A DNA stretch of 64,000 nt from Asterias rubens (taxonomy: Eukaryota): assembly GCF_902459465.1 (NCBI RefSeq), contig NC_047077.1, positions 1,302,001-1,366,000 of the forward strand, given 5' to 3'. The notes under the pieces are model-generated. The model was not told the DNA's origin and did not search any database. It saw only the letters and a program-made list of their open reading frames with translations. Below, piece after piece: positions 47,301 through 57,189 of the stretch. Both the position numbers and the translations under genes were made by a program. Positions within the stretch are counted from its first letter, which is position 1. Every line of letters starts with the position of its first letter.

Positions 47301-47901
47301 CCTGGAAAATGCTTCCTTGAATTCCATGCATCTGTCAACACTGCAGGAGCTGACTCCACTACCAGCACCACAGAGTAACCACCAGTATCACCAGTGGCCA
47401 CCCCTCATCATGGAGGAATTTTCTCCATACCCTCACAAAAAGCAAAAAAAAAAAAAAAAAAAAAAAAAACCTACCTAACAAAAGAAAAATAAAATAAAAA
47501 GGGCCATGATGATCTATTGAGCCAACATTATAATACGCGAGTTGTGGGAATACCCAAGTTGTGCTCCAATTGAACTGAGTCCATCATAAAAAAATCCCTT
47601 TCCTAGAAAAAGATACTTCTTATGCAGCTAAACAAATTGTGTGGAAAACACTTGTTTGATTATGTTAGATTGGGCACTGTGTACTAGCACTGATCAACTA
47701 CTGCACAAGGCCAACTATACACACTCCATCAAATTCAAACAGGAAAGGGCCTGTGGGAGTATGTGGGGTTGTGTATTGTTCTTATCAGCATACTGTTTTA
47801 GTTTGTTTGATTGAGTACAGTTTGCTCTGCAGGGTAATACATGGTGTTGAAGTATGTTGGGTTGAGGAAGGATTCTAATAAAAATACCTAGGGAGTTAGG
47901 G
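44324..47901 (+). mobile_element. Full-length, potentially autonomous piggyBac transposon
   Basis: TTAA at 44320-44323 and 47902-47905. Ends CCCTAAC (from 44326, preceded by an extra AA) and GTTAGGG. The paralogous empty site cagagttccc-TTAG-tgggaa is at 29773-29776. Confidence 0.85.
44958..47378 (+). CDS. piggyBac (PGBD4-like, DDE_Tnp_1_7) transposase, 806 aa, uninterrupted
   Basis: Catalytic motifs TIDEAM, FTDRLYTS and MGGVDRGDQ. C-terminal Cys-rich domain WCRWC..GCQVCGINLCPGKCFLEFH. Long basic/acidic N-terminal extension with NLS-like PPKRK and KKKKR. Confidence 0.95.
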   Translation: MTAREARVLQQSLKSGEVDDFVESMMGKKTKRQHRNEIDGAVKGKKDGGRKGRDKGKGKGKSKPVRPRETSSAKMDRLYKEEIAGLRQAIRESVKGAGMTMSSGRYKALAETSESEEEEFLNRAVAEARGLSPSCLQDEEEDTKESDTEDEETGEEQGETGEEETGRREKETGGDKTTTEEEEGDGETATEEGEETGEETEGDELDVPGPSSRPPKRKQPQPQPQTKKPKLTKKKKRVVAPDSDNDPDPPSVYQEDYAPDEEGWTRALEDVSIRAFKGKKPYGPTFSKKQSPLKYFLKFFPLALILSIVTWTNINLKKGHLRLTSLQEMKAWLGIHIMMGLVKLNNYKDYWSSHPGLRNKLISQTMKRNRYDALSQHIACSNPANSPDLIRDKAHRYLAKKKNPLHPMKPVWEKVRHRCLKSYLPRRELTIDEAMVKYRGFKASVRKFFMPLKPIRTGFKIYVIAEAATGFFINFIIHPHGATPTKMVDIAMKTAKHSLGVYHHLFTDRLYTSVSLARTLLAKRTYLTGAVKSNSKGLPKEFSSSKINNRRKMKKMNACPRGTFYTRQNGQLTSCLWKDSRVMTLLSSAHQGWRDPATGTVIRKVANAEGRLRKKTIPAPPQAVDYIKNMGGVDRGDQLRAYHTCTRKSQFWWVGLLYFLVDVARVNAWLCYKQHHTPANESSSDSSSDEEEKDDHKKLTHSKFVLSIATDLIDGFASGDIARQPATRPVPATNSAGHYSVKMPGRNARWCRWCRNKNILTKSGLPKSTRRGCQVCGINLCPGKCFLEFHASVNTAGADSTTSTTE

Positions 47902-48412
47902 TTAATGGGAACAGTTTCTAAGCGGTGGACAACAAAACAAACATTAAATAGGCCTTTTGGTGTGCCAAACTGATAACCCTAATTTGTATCCGCATTTGTT
48001 TTGGAATATTAAAAACTTTTGAAAAATAAGTTTTGTCCATGTAGCCCTCAGACCCCCAGACCCAGCCCTTTTAACCCTAACCCTAGCCCCCAGACCAAAG
48101 TTAACTCTCACCCTTGGCTAGACCCAGCACTACAGTTTCACTTTGTTTCTTTAGACTCAATGTTTTTGGCATTTTTTTCAAAAGATGATTTAAATAAAAA
48201 TATTTTACAGTAGGCCTAACTGTTTGTAGATTTTTAGCCCCTCATAAGTTGTAGAATGAATGACCTGTAACTGTTGATTAGTGGGTCGTGTTGATGCAAG
48301 TTGTTCTTAGCAAAGCAAGAGTCAAAGCGTTCTGATCGTCACTGCTTATTAAAGGCTCAACTATCTTTATACATGTAGTTCTTCACCTTCAAAAAAGTTA
48401 AAACAAATGTTG

Positions 48413-48564
48413 AAAACAAATGTTTTCGGCCACCATTCAGTGGCCGAAGCAGGAAACAGCGCCACCAACCGACTAGTGGTGCCTCGTTCTGAGGATGACT
48501 AGTAGTCGAAACATAAACGAAAATTACGTGAGTATTTGGCTGTGTTTCATAGAAAATTCATTTA
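48413..48564 (+). mobile_element. 152-bp retroposed insertion with 15-bp TSD, probably a Penelope-like element fragment
   Basis: TSD ttaaaacaaatgttg at 48398-48412 and 48565-48579. Only a single copy of this sequence is present at the paralogous site (~30265-30280). Confidence 0.8.
48484..48520 (+). ncRNA. Minimal type I hammerhead ribozyme motif
   Basis: Stem I TCGTT/AACGA; core CTGAGGA; extra T; stem II GACT/AGTC; GAAA-C; ATA cleavage triplet (one change from GTA). Confidence 0.65.
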
Positions 48565-48601
48565 TTAAAACAAATGTTGTTTTCTTTTTTGTCCATTGCA
48601 G

Positions 48602-48734
48602 CAATTGAACTTGCTTTGGATGAGCATGGATATGGCAGCCAGCAGCTTCACACTTTATGATAATAGAGTCCGCATGTTGGTTGTTCACAAGATGGATGGC
48701 ACTGCGATCTCTTCGAGCTCCATTCCATCAAAGG
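48602..48734 (+). other. Candidate internal exon of an unidentified gene (paralogue 30302-30447 is disrupted)
   Basis: cattgcag| acceptor and AAGG|gtaagt donor in both copies. One frame is open here (QLNLLWMSMDMAASSFTLYDNRVRMLVVHKMDGTAISSSSIPSK). No recognisable domain. Confidence 0.3.
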
Positions 48735-50117
48735 GTAAGTGGTCCTTTTGGGATTTATCTTAAAATCAATCTATGACTGACAAAGTGGGAGAGGATCAAG
48801 AGGCTGTTGATGAGTAAATGACAAATTAAAAAACAATGGGCAAGTAATGGTATAAGAAAACAGCTGCTGAACGTAACAACAAGTTGAGATGCAACTATCA
48901 AAAGGATGGTCCATGTGGAAAGGCTATGTAAAGGGGAGTATAGAGAGGGGGAGGGGGTTGCATATGGTATCATAAATGTCCATTGTCCAGTTATGAACGT
49001 GTGGTGAAGAGGGGACTGGGCTTTGACAGCAAGTCTAGAATGCCTCAAAGTGGACGACAAAATACAACTACAATCAATTCACTTGATGTGTGAACTGGGA
49101 CAACTTGAACGTTTGAAAACGTTTTTTTTTTACATCTTTTTTGTGTCCAACACCCAGCTGTCAATACTCTTTACTGGTGTCCCTACACTCTTTTACCGAT
49201 GTCCCCACACTACAGAAGCTAGGCTTGTAACAAAGCTGTTAAAATACATACTAGCATAACAAGTTACTTGATAATGAGCAATGGAGAGCTGTTGATGGTC
49301 TAACACGCTGTGAGAAAAGACTCCCTCTGAAGTCACGTAGGATTTGAAAAAAGAGGTAACTGCGCAGTAAAGTATTTGAATCTGTCAGAAAGACTTCAGC
49401 CCTGAAGCCTTAAGATTTACTTTAAAACTTACACTGTTTAAAGATAGCAATCCAATATAACTTGCTCAGGTAAACTAGGATTTGAAAAAGCATACATGTA
49501 GGTGAGGCATATCCTTTACTGTCCTGGAAACAAAAACACATATACATGGTAACTGTGTTTTCCTCATAGGATGGTTGACGCATTTCCTTAACTATCCTAG
49601 TTATAAGGAGTAAAAACAAATACATAGAAGGTGTTTTTTTCCTTCTAGGTTGGTTGAGGCAATTCCTTAATTATCCTAGGAGTATAAAATACATGTTAAC
49701 ATCTGTTTTTCTTCCTATGATGGTTGAGGCATTTCCTAAAACATAGGAATAAAAAATACATGTTGAATGTTTTTATAACTAGGATGGTTAAGGAAATGCC
49801 TCAACTATCCTAGGAGAAAAATACAGTTGCTTTGTGTTTTTTAATCCTAGGAAGTTTTAGTGGTGCGCGCCCGGCGTGACGAAGTCCCCTGATAAAACAT
49901 CCAATTTTATATGTTATATCTCTGGAACCCTATACAAACTAAAATAACGGTAATTTTATTGATCTTTAATAACTACTCCTATGCCTCTCACTTATTTCAC
50001 TTTTAGAAAACATTTGCCTTGTTATTTTGAGGGTTTGTACGTCCAGTTTGGTTTATTTTGTATGGAGAAATTCGTAAAAAAATGTGTAGTACCCGATTCA
50101 GCCGAACAAGAGGGCTC

Positions 50118-51100
50118 AACCCGACGGCCGATTGCTTAATACCGTAAAACAGATTTGGCAAATGCACATCCTGAGTCCTGACCAAACTGCTTTAAGTTCT
50201 AACAATTTTGTTGCTTTAGAACCTTGACCAATGGAATGTTCGTTCACAGCTTCAAAACAGCCGTCGATGTTTCACAAAGTTCGTAACTATGAAAGCATAC
50301 TATTCTTAAACGGTAATTTCATGTACTCTTTTGAAGAACTGGCAAAACCTATATGAAAAGAATCAGTAATGTATTCACTTTCTTCTTGCAAATAAATGAT
50401 TGCAATTTCTGCGTGTATACGTTCTGTGTGTGGGGATGACATAATGGACTGTACCCCATACCACCAATGGTACAGGGTTTTATGGAACAAATAAAGTTAT
50501 TAGCAACAGTGGGTTGCTGTTTGATGCGTTAAAAAATGTTGGAAAGTTGGGTACGCCTACATGAGTGACTTAATTATAATAAACACATCTGTAACAGGCA
50601 TATGTATTTTTGTTTCTCATAAATATTTTTTATTTAACACGCGAAATTAAACCCGACGGCCGATTGCTTAATACAAAACGGATTTGGCAAAATGTACATC
50701 CTGAGTCCTGACCAAACTGCTTTAAGTTCTAACAATTTTGTTGCTTCAGAACTTTGACCAACGGAATGTTCGTTTACTGCTTCAAAACAGCCGTTGATGT
50801 TTCACAAAATTCGTAATTTTGAAAGCATACTATTATATTCTTAAATGGTAATTTCGTGTACTCTTTTGAAGAACTGGCAAAACCTATATGAAAAGAATCA
50901 GTAATGTATTCACTTTCTTCTTGAAAATGTTGCAACTTTTGCGTGTGTTGCTTTTTGATGCGTTTAAAAAATGCTGGAAAGTTCGGTAGGCCTACATGAG
51001 TGACTTAGTTATAAAAAACACATCCTGTAACAGATGCATGTATTTTTGTTTCTCATAAAGCCTTAATATTTTTTATTTTAATAACACGCGAAATTAAACC
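50118..51100. repeat. Tandem duplication of a ~450-530-bp segment
   Basis: aacccgacggccgattgcttaatac at ~50119 and ~50650. Both units end ttt(aat)aacacgcgaaattaaaccc. Confidence 0.85.
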
Positions 51101-51217
51101 CCCCTGTACAAAATGGTATATACACAATGCCATTTACCCCTCTGCGAAACATCAATGACTCACTCTGGAATGTTAATGGGAGTCTGAGGTTGCCACCCAC
51201 TTCAAACCTAAAGAGGT

Positions 51218-51362
51218 GGCTCTGTGTGCAGCCTACGGCTTCCCCCTTCGACCAACAGGTGGCCCATATCAAAACCAGACAACCACAGAGGTGACTCAGT
51301 GTGCAGCCTACGGCTTCCCCCTTCGACCAACAGGTGGCCCATATCAAAACCAGACAACCACA
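51218..51362. repeat. 75-bp direct duplication
   Basis: gtgtgcagcctacggcttcccccttcgaccaacaggtggcccatatcaaaaccagacaaccaca occurs twice. Confidence 0.9.
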
Positions 51363-54300
51363 CATGTTAGGAGATATCGCTCGTGACTCCAGCCAATCAG
51401 ACAACTTGAAAGAGGGAGTTCGGTTCAGGGTTTTGTAGACTTGCAACCCGACGTCTGTAACGACACAACCGTGTTGGATTCCACAAGGATGCCATGCCAC
51501 TGGACCTTCTAATTTTCAATCCAAGATGGCGCGGGTTACGCTTTTAATAGTATAGATAACAAGTATATGTCAGTACAGGGCAATGTAAACTGTGCACTAG
51601 AGCTACTTGCTGTTATAGTCAAAGATCAGACAAACAACCATTTATAATGATCAATGGCCAGATTATCAGTTTATTGGAGTACATGTATGGCTGCTGATAA
51701 TGAACTTGGACTGTAAATACAAAAACAGTTTGAAATACATCTAGGTCTGTTACCAGGTACTGTACATACATGTAGTACAGTGAATGGTGGAGGAGGGGGG
51801 GCACTGGATGATGAAAAATGCAGGTGAAATTCCATAACAAAATAGCTGACTTCTGGGTACCAGCTACTTATCATTTTTTATACCGTAGATCGATCTTTGA
51901 TAAATACTAGCGTGTGATTTCAACCCACACTGAAATGGTGTTTGGTGTTCATCATAAGTAATTTTTTGAGATTTTTTGTCCGGGCACTGACAATTTTGCC
52001 AAGCAGCAAGACGACCAAAAGTTGTTCCATGATCTAAAAAAAAAAAATGCGCTCGGCCACTGATTTAGATTGGGATTGGCCATTTTCAGACAAGCAACTT
52101 ATATTAACTGATGAGCTGCATTGAAATACATGTAGCAGGTAATCCACAAAGCTTCTTATGGTCCTCGTGTTGGTAATTACTCAACGATTATATGTTAGCA
52201 TAAGAAATTATTTGTTAACAGAGCTGTTGATAGTAGATAACATTGTGGCTCTCTCTGAAGTACATGTAATGTAGTTTTTGAGAAAGAGGTCATTTTTCTC
52301 TCAAATATTAAAATACTTAAGGCCTGAAGCCTTTTATTATGCATCTTAAAGCACACAAATTTATGCAACAAGGGTGTTTTTCTTTCATTATTTTCCTGCA
52401 ACTTGAATGTCAACTTGGTAAAAATTTCCACAGACTTGTTATTTTATGCATATATTCTGAGAATACTGGTCTTTGACAATTACCAAAGTTGTCAAGGGCC
52501 TTTAAACATACTACAAAATAAAAAAGTTTTAAGTAGCAAACTACAGGGGGAACAGACTGAACATCTTGCCTTAGTTTTCATCCTAGATAGTTTAGACTGC
52601 CACTTTAAACCAGAGGTTGTATTTTTAAGTCCCGCTCTTGAAAAGTGTTCTTTGTACGATCCATATTCTTTGAAAATTACCCCATTTTCCATGTGGTTTA
52701 TTACTTGATAATTGACATAATTTGTCACATCCCTTTAAGGTGATCCCGTTGCTGCAGCTTTTCAGGTTGTATATAAACTGAGATTTGACTCTTGGCTATA
52801 CCACAGTTACAAGTTGAATGGCTTCTGACTGGCAACACTAAATATCAAAAAGGCTGTATAATCAGGTTGTCTACATACAAAATTTACAAACTACAATTCC
52901 AAATATAACTTACCAGTACTCTGATCCTCTTTTATCTCAGGCTTTGCTCCTCATCTTGTATGCCCATAACCATGGTAACCCAAGACCCATAAGATCCTAC
53001 TCAGTCTCAGACTCCCAAGGTAGATGCTGAAGACTCTGGCAGTGAAGCTCTGAAGACACTACAGGGAGAGTTGAAGATGTACAAGAAACAGGAAGCTCAC
53101 AATGAGAGGTAAGCAATAGTCAGCATTTACTGTCAATGTTTATTTCATGTTGACATCTCTCCTCACAGACTTACAGATCTTCTTGTTTGTCACAGACATT
53201 TTTATTTCATAGCCACGAGGTGTTTGTTTGTTTGTCTTTGACATATCTTGGAGGATGATATCTAGAATTGGTTTGATTTGAGAAACTTCTCAAACCAAGA
53301 ACAAACTGAGAAGGTTATTACATGTACCTGACTGCATGGCATAGTAAAACTGTTTTTTCAGTGTACTTGTCTTCTGTTGTTAGTAGTTGGTAACTGGTAA
53401 ACACCGTGAAAACTGTGAGATTTTAGAGAACTATTTAAAGTCCATTTATTAGAAATTGAAAAATCTGAATGTGGAGAACAAAGTTCAAAGTGTTGTCGGC
53501 TTGTATTTGCTACAAAATGTTGTGACTAAGTGCACCAGGCACAGGCTCTGGTGTTTTTGATCAGCAGAGTGTTGGTTTGAGTCCCAGTCTTGTGACTTGT
53601 GTCATTAAGAAACTATTGTCACTTAGCTATTGTCTGATCGGTTCGGTTTTGGGGATCAAATGTAGAGCCGACTGTGTTTGGTGGGGGGGGGGGGGGGGGG
53701 GGGTTGGCCTCAAGTCAAGTTTTATACAGCTTCAGCTTGGAGCGTGATCTTTCGATTGTGATGGTAGTATTTTGTTTGTTAAGTAAGCCGAGTTTTGGAA
53801 CAGCATAACAAAAAAACAAGTTTGCCTTTTGTGGCTTTTGTTGCATTTTGAGAAATGTTTCACTTTAAAGTACTGTAGGTTTGGTAAAATATTTTTTAAA
53901 AAAATATACTTTTTTAGGAGTGATTGTACAAACTATAAATCCTGTTGAATGTGATACAATATGTTCCTGAGATTGGGTTTTCCAATCAAAATGGCATTTA
54001 AAGGCACTGGACACTGTTGTTAAATAACTCAAAATAACTGTCAGCATAAAAACTTTCTTGGTAACCAGCAGTGGAGAGGTGTTGATGGTTTAAAATATTT
54101 TGAGAAACGGCTCCCTCTGAAGTAATGTAGTTTTGAGAAAGAAATAATTGTTCACTGAAATATTTGAATCGAATAAGAGACCTGAGCAGCTGAGATCTAA
54201 AATTCAAGCATCTGAAAGCACACAACTTGTGTGACAAGGGTGCTTTCTTCCCTTATTTTCTCGCAACTTCCATGACCAATTGAGTTAAAATTTTCTCAGG

Positions 54301-54934
54301 TTTGTTATTTTACACATATGTTGAGATACACCAAATGAGAAGACTGGTCTTTGACAATTACCAAAGGTGTCCAGTGCCTTCATGAATGAAACGTGTCAGT
54401 ACAGGGCAATGTAAACTGTGCACTAGAGCTACTTGCTGTTATAGTCAAAGATCAGACAAACAACCATTGTATGGCTGCTGATAATGAACTTGGACTTTAA
54501 ATGCAAAACAGTTTGAAGTACATCTAGGTCTGTTATCAGGTACTGTACATACATGTAGTACAGTGAATGATGGTAATTAGCTGACATACATGTAGTCAGA
54601 TTTGTTTCTGCATTTTGCAATACTTTTACATAGGCGAGCAAATTGAGGTGAATTTTGATTGATTTATTTATTTTGTTTTGTTGGGGGAGGGGGCACTGAA
54701 TGTTAAAAAAAACATCAAAAAGCGAGCACTGAAAGATTTTAAATAAGACTTTATAACATAAGTTTTCTTTATAATCTCAGTATGACAATGATTTCAATAA
54801 GAACTTCAAAGTGTTTTTTGTTTTGTTTTTTAATCATGACAATTGTTAATAAAATAAAGCAGTAATTACTCGCAAAAGTACATGTATGTCTCTGGGCCCC
54901 TGCACCACGGCCCCATGACCCCTTTCAAAGAAAT

Positions 54935-55700
54935 GACCATTCACTGTTTGTGCAAATTCATAGTAAGCCCCCCCCACAACTAAAACATCCTTACTGTTCT
55001 GAATATTGTTAGAACACTATACTCGGCAAGCAATGAGCATTCACTCTCTGTACAAATTCATAGTTACCAGCCCCCCCCCCCCAACTAAAACATCCTTACT
55101 GTTTTAAATGTTGATTGAACACTATACTCAACAAGCAATGAACATTCACTGTCTGTACACATTCATAGTAAGCCGCCCACCCCCCCCCCCCCCAATCTAA
55201 AACATTATTTCTATTTTGAATATTGTTTGAACACTATACTCAACAAGCAATGAACATTCACTGTCTGTACACATGCTAAGTAAGCCGCCACCCCCCCCCC
55301 CTTCCAACTAAAACATTATTTCTGTTTTGAATATAGTTAGAACACTATACTCAGCAAGCAATGACAATTCACTCTCTGTACAAATTCATAGTTACCACCC
55401 TCCCTCCAACTAAAACATTATTTCTGTTTTGAATATAGTTAGAACACTATACTCAGCAAGCAATGACAATTCACTCTCTGTACAAATTCATAGTTACCAC
55501 CCCCCCTCCAACTAAAACATTATTTCTGTTTTGAATATAGTTAGAACACTATACTCAGCAAGCAATGACAATTCACTGTCTGTACACATTCATAGTTAGC
55601 GCCCCCCCCCCCTCCAATCTAAAACATTATTTCTATTTTAAATATTGTTTGAACACTATACTCAGCAAGCAATGAACATTCACTGTCTGTGGGCATTCAT
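54935..55700. repeat. ~100-bp minisatellite (~7.5 units), paralogous to 16500-17065
   Basis: Same unit as 16500-17065 with array-specific variants (aacattatttct, ttttgaatat). Confidence 0.9.
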
Positions 55701-55949
55701 AATCTTGTTAAAGAACTTCTTTTGTACTGTATGCCATATCATTAAGCCCATACACACAAAATCTTGCTTAGCACTTTAAAGTCCTCCTAAGCAGAAAAAA
55801 AGTTACCTGTCAAGTTTATGAGGTTGCAGCAGGTGCCCAACTTGGTCAATAAATTTGCTAAGCAGCATTTCCTGCTTAACAGTTTTGGGATATTGTATGA
55901 AGCTAAGGTTGGACTTTTCTCTGTTTAAGCAATGCAAAAAAAGGTCAGC

Positions 55950-56040
55950 GTATCAATCAATCAATCAACCAATCAATCAATCAATCAGAGGGAATTTATA
56001 TAGTGCCAAAATCAACCAAAGTTGTTCAAAGGCGCTATAC
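55950..56040 (-). mobile_element. 3' end of an L2-type LINE/SINE with (TGAT)n tail
   Basis: The minus strand reads gtatagcgcctttgaac..ggcactatataaattccctc(tgat)n. Confidence 0.55.
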
Positions 56041-57189
56041 AAGGTCCTATACAAGTGCGACACATTTGATAAAGACAAACTAGTGTCATATCTGAACGGG
56101 GAATTTGAAGCGACGTTTAAATATTCCTTATGTCTATATTTCTAAGACTGATGGATTCAGAATTGTTAATTTTGATTGAAAATGGATGGGGTTGGGAACA
56201 AGTGTCTTTAAAAAAAGAAAAAGAAAAAAAAAAGTGAACAAAAATCAATCAAAATGTTGCAAAAAAGCATTGATGGCAAAGTGTGCTGTATTTTTTTTTT
56301 AACCATTTAATTATTATGTTTTTACATGACATCATTTACATACATTATAACCACCCTGTCTGGACTTCATGAGGTGATCGTTCCGCGCTCGTCTCCACGA
56401 ACCTCAAAGCGGGTGAATCTCAAAGCACACCCTAAACATTTTGCCCTTTTTACAATCCCCAATGTACAGTTCCTTTTCTGAAATCAGATCCGTAATTCAC
56501 ATCCCATCCTCGCTGTTTTACTGTTACAACAGCCGGCGATTCGTGATTTGTGTGCAAAACAAGCCCACAGGTCCGGGACCCGCGCAGCTGTGCACAGTGT
56601 ACCAGTTAGCTCTGTAGACTTTTTGCAAATGCAGAAAACATACTAGGAACAGTATTTGACATCTGCTTAACTTTAATAGAGTGCGGAAAATGTGTTTCTT
56701 GTAGAACAGCACACAATGCCTCATTTAACTCTATTTTGTTAATGTTAGGATAAACTTTGATTATCTTGTATTATATATACCTCATGTTGGAAATCCTCTA
56801 ATCTGATTGGTTAAAAAATCCCCCCCCCCTTTTCTATCGAGATGACGTCATAGTGACTATGCCCAGCATGTCAATTGATTATGTCTGTCGAAAATAACGT
56901 AACTTTTATATGTATAATGTACAACAAGCATTCCGTGTCACAGCAACCTTTCTTCGCAGACGACCTTTCACCATAGTAAGTGTTGTTGATTAGAAGAATC
57001 TTTTATTTCGGTTTATTAAAGAAATATTGACAGCTAAATAATCGGGGCACTGTTAAAAATACAGACCCTCGGTGATGTCGAAACCATGACTATGCCTTCA
57101 GCTTCGCTTCGGGCATAGTCATGGTTTTGACATCTTCCTTGGGCCTATAATTTTAACTGTGTTTTCATAGAAGTCAATATTTCCGTATT

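Noticed and set aside
44958-47378. Horizontal transfer of the piggyBac inferred from higher GC
   Set aside because: Coding regions are normally GC-richer than AT-rich intergenic DNA, so this needs a phylogeny that I cannot run.
44942-47478. Overlapping and antisense ORFs around the transposase (and those opposite the TRIM genes)
   Set aside because: Shadow ORFs expected from GC-richer, low-complexity coding sequence, with no motifs.
48770-49100. Degenerate ORF with a Cys/His pattern resembling a CCCH finger
   Set aside because: It has many stops and the spacing does not fit C-x8-C-x5-C-x3-H.
52105-52140. CTGATGA..GAAAT as another hammerhead
   Set aside because: No stem II or stem I pairing can be formed.
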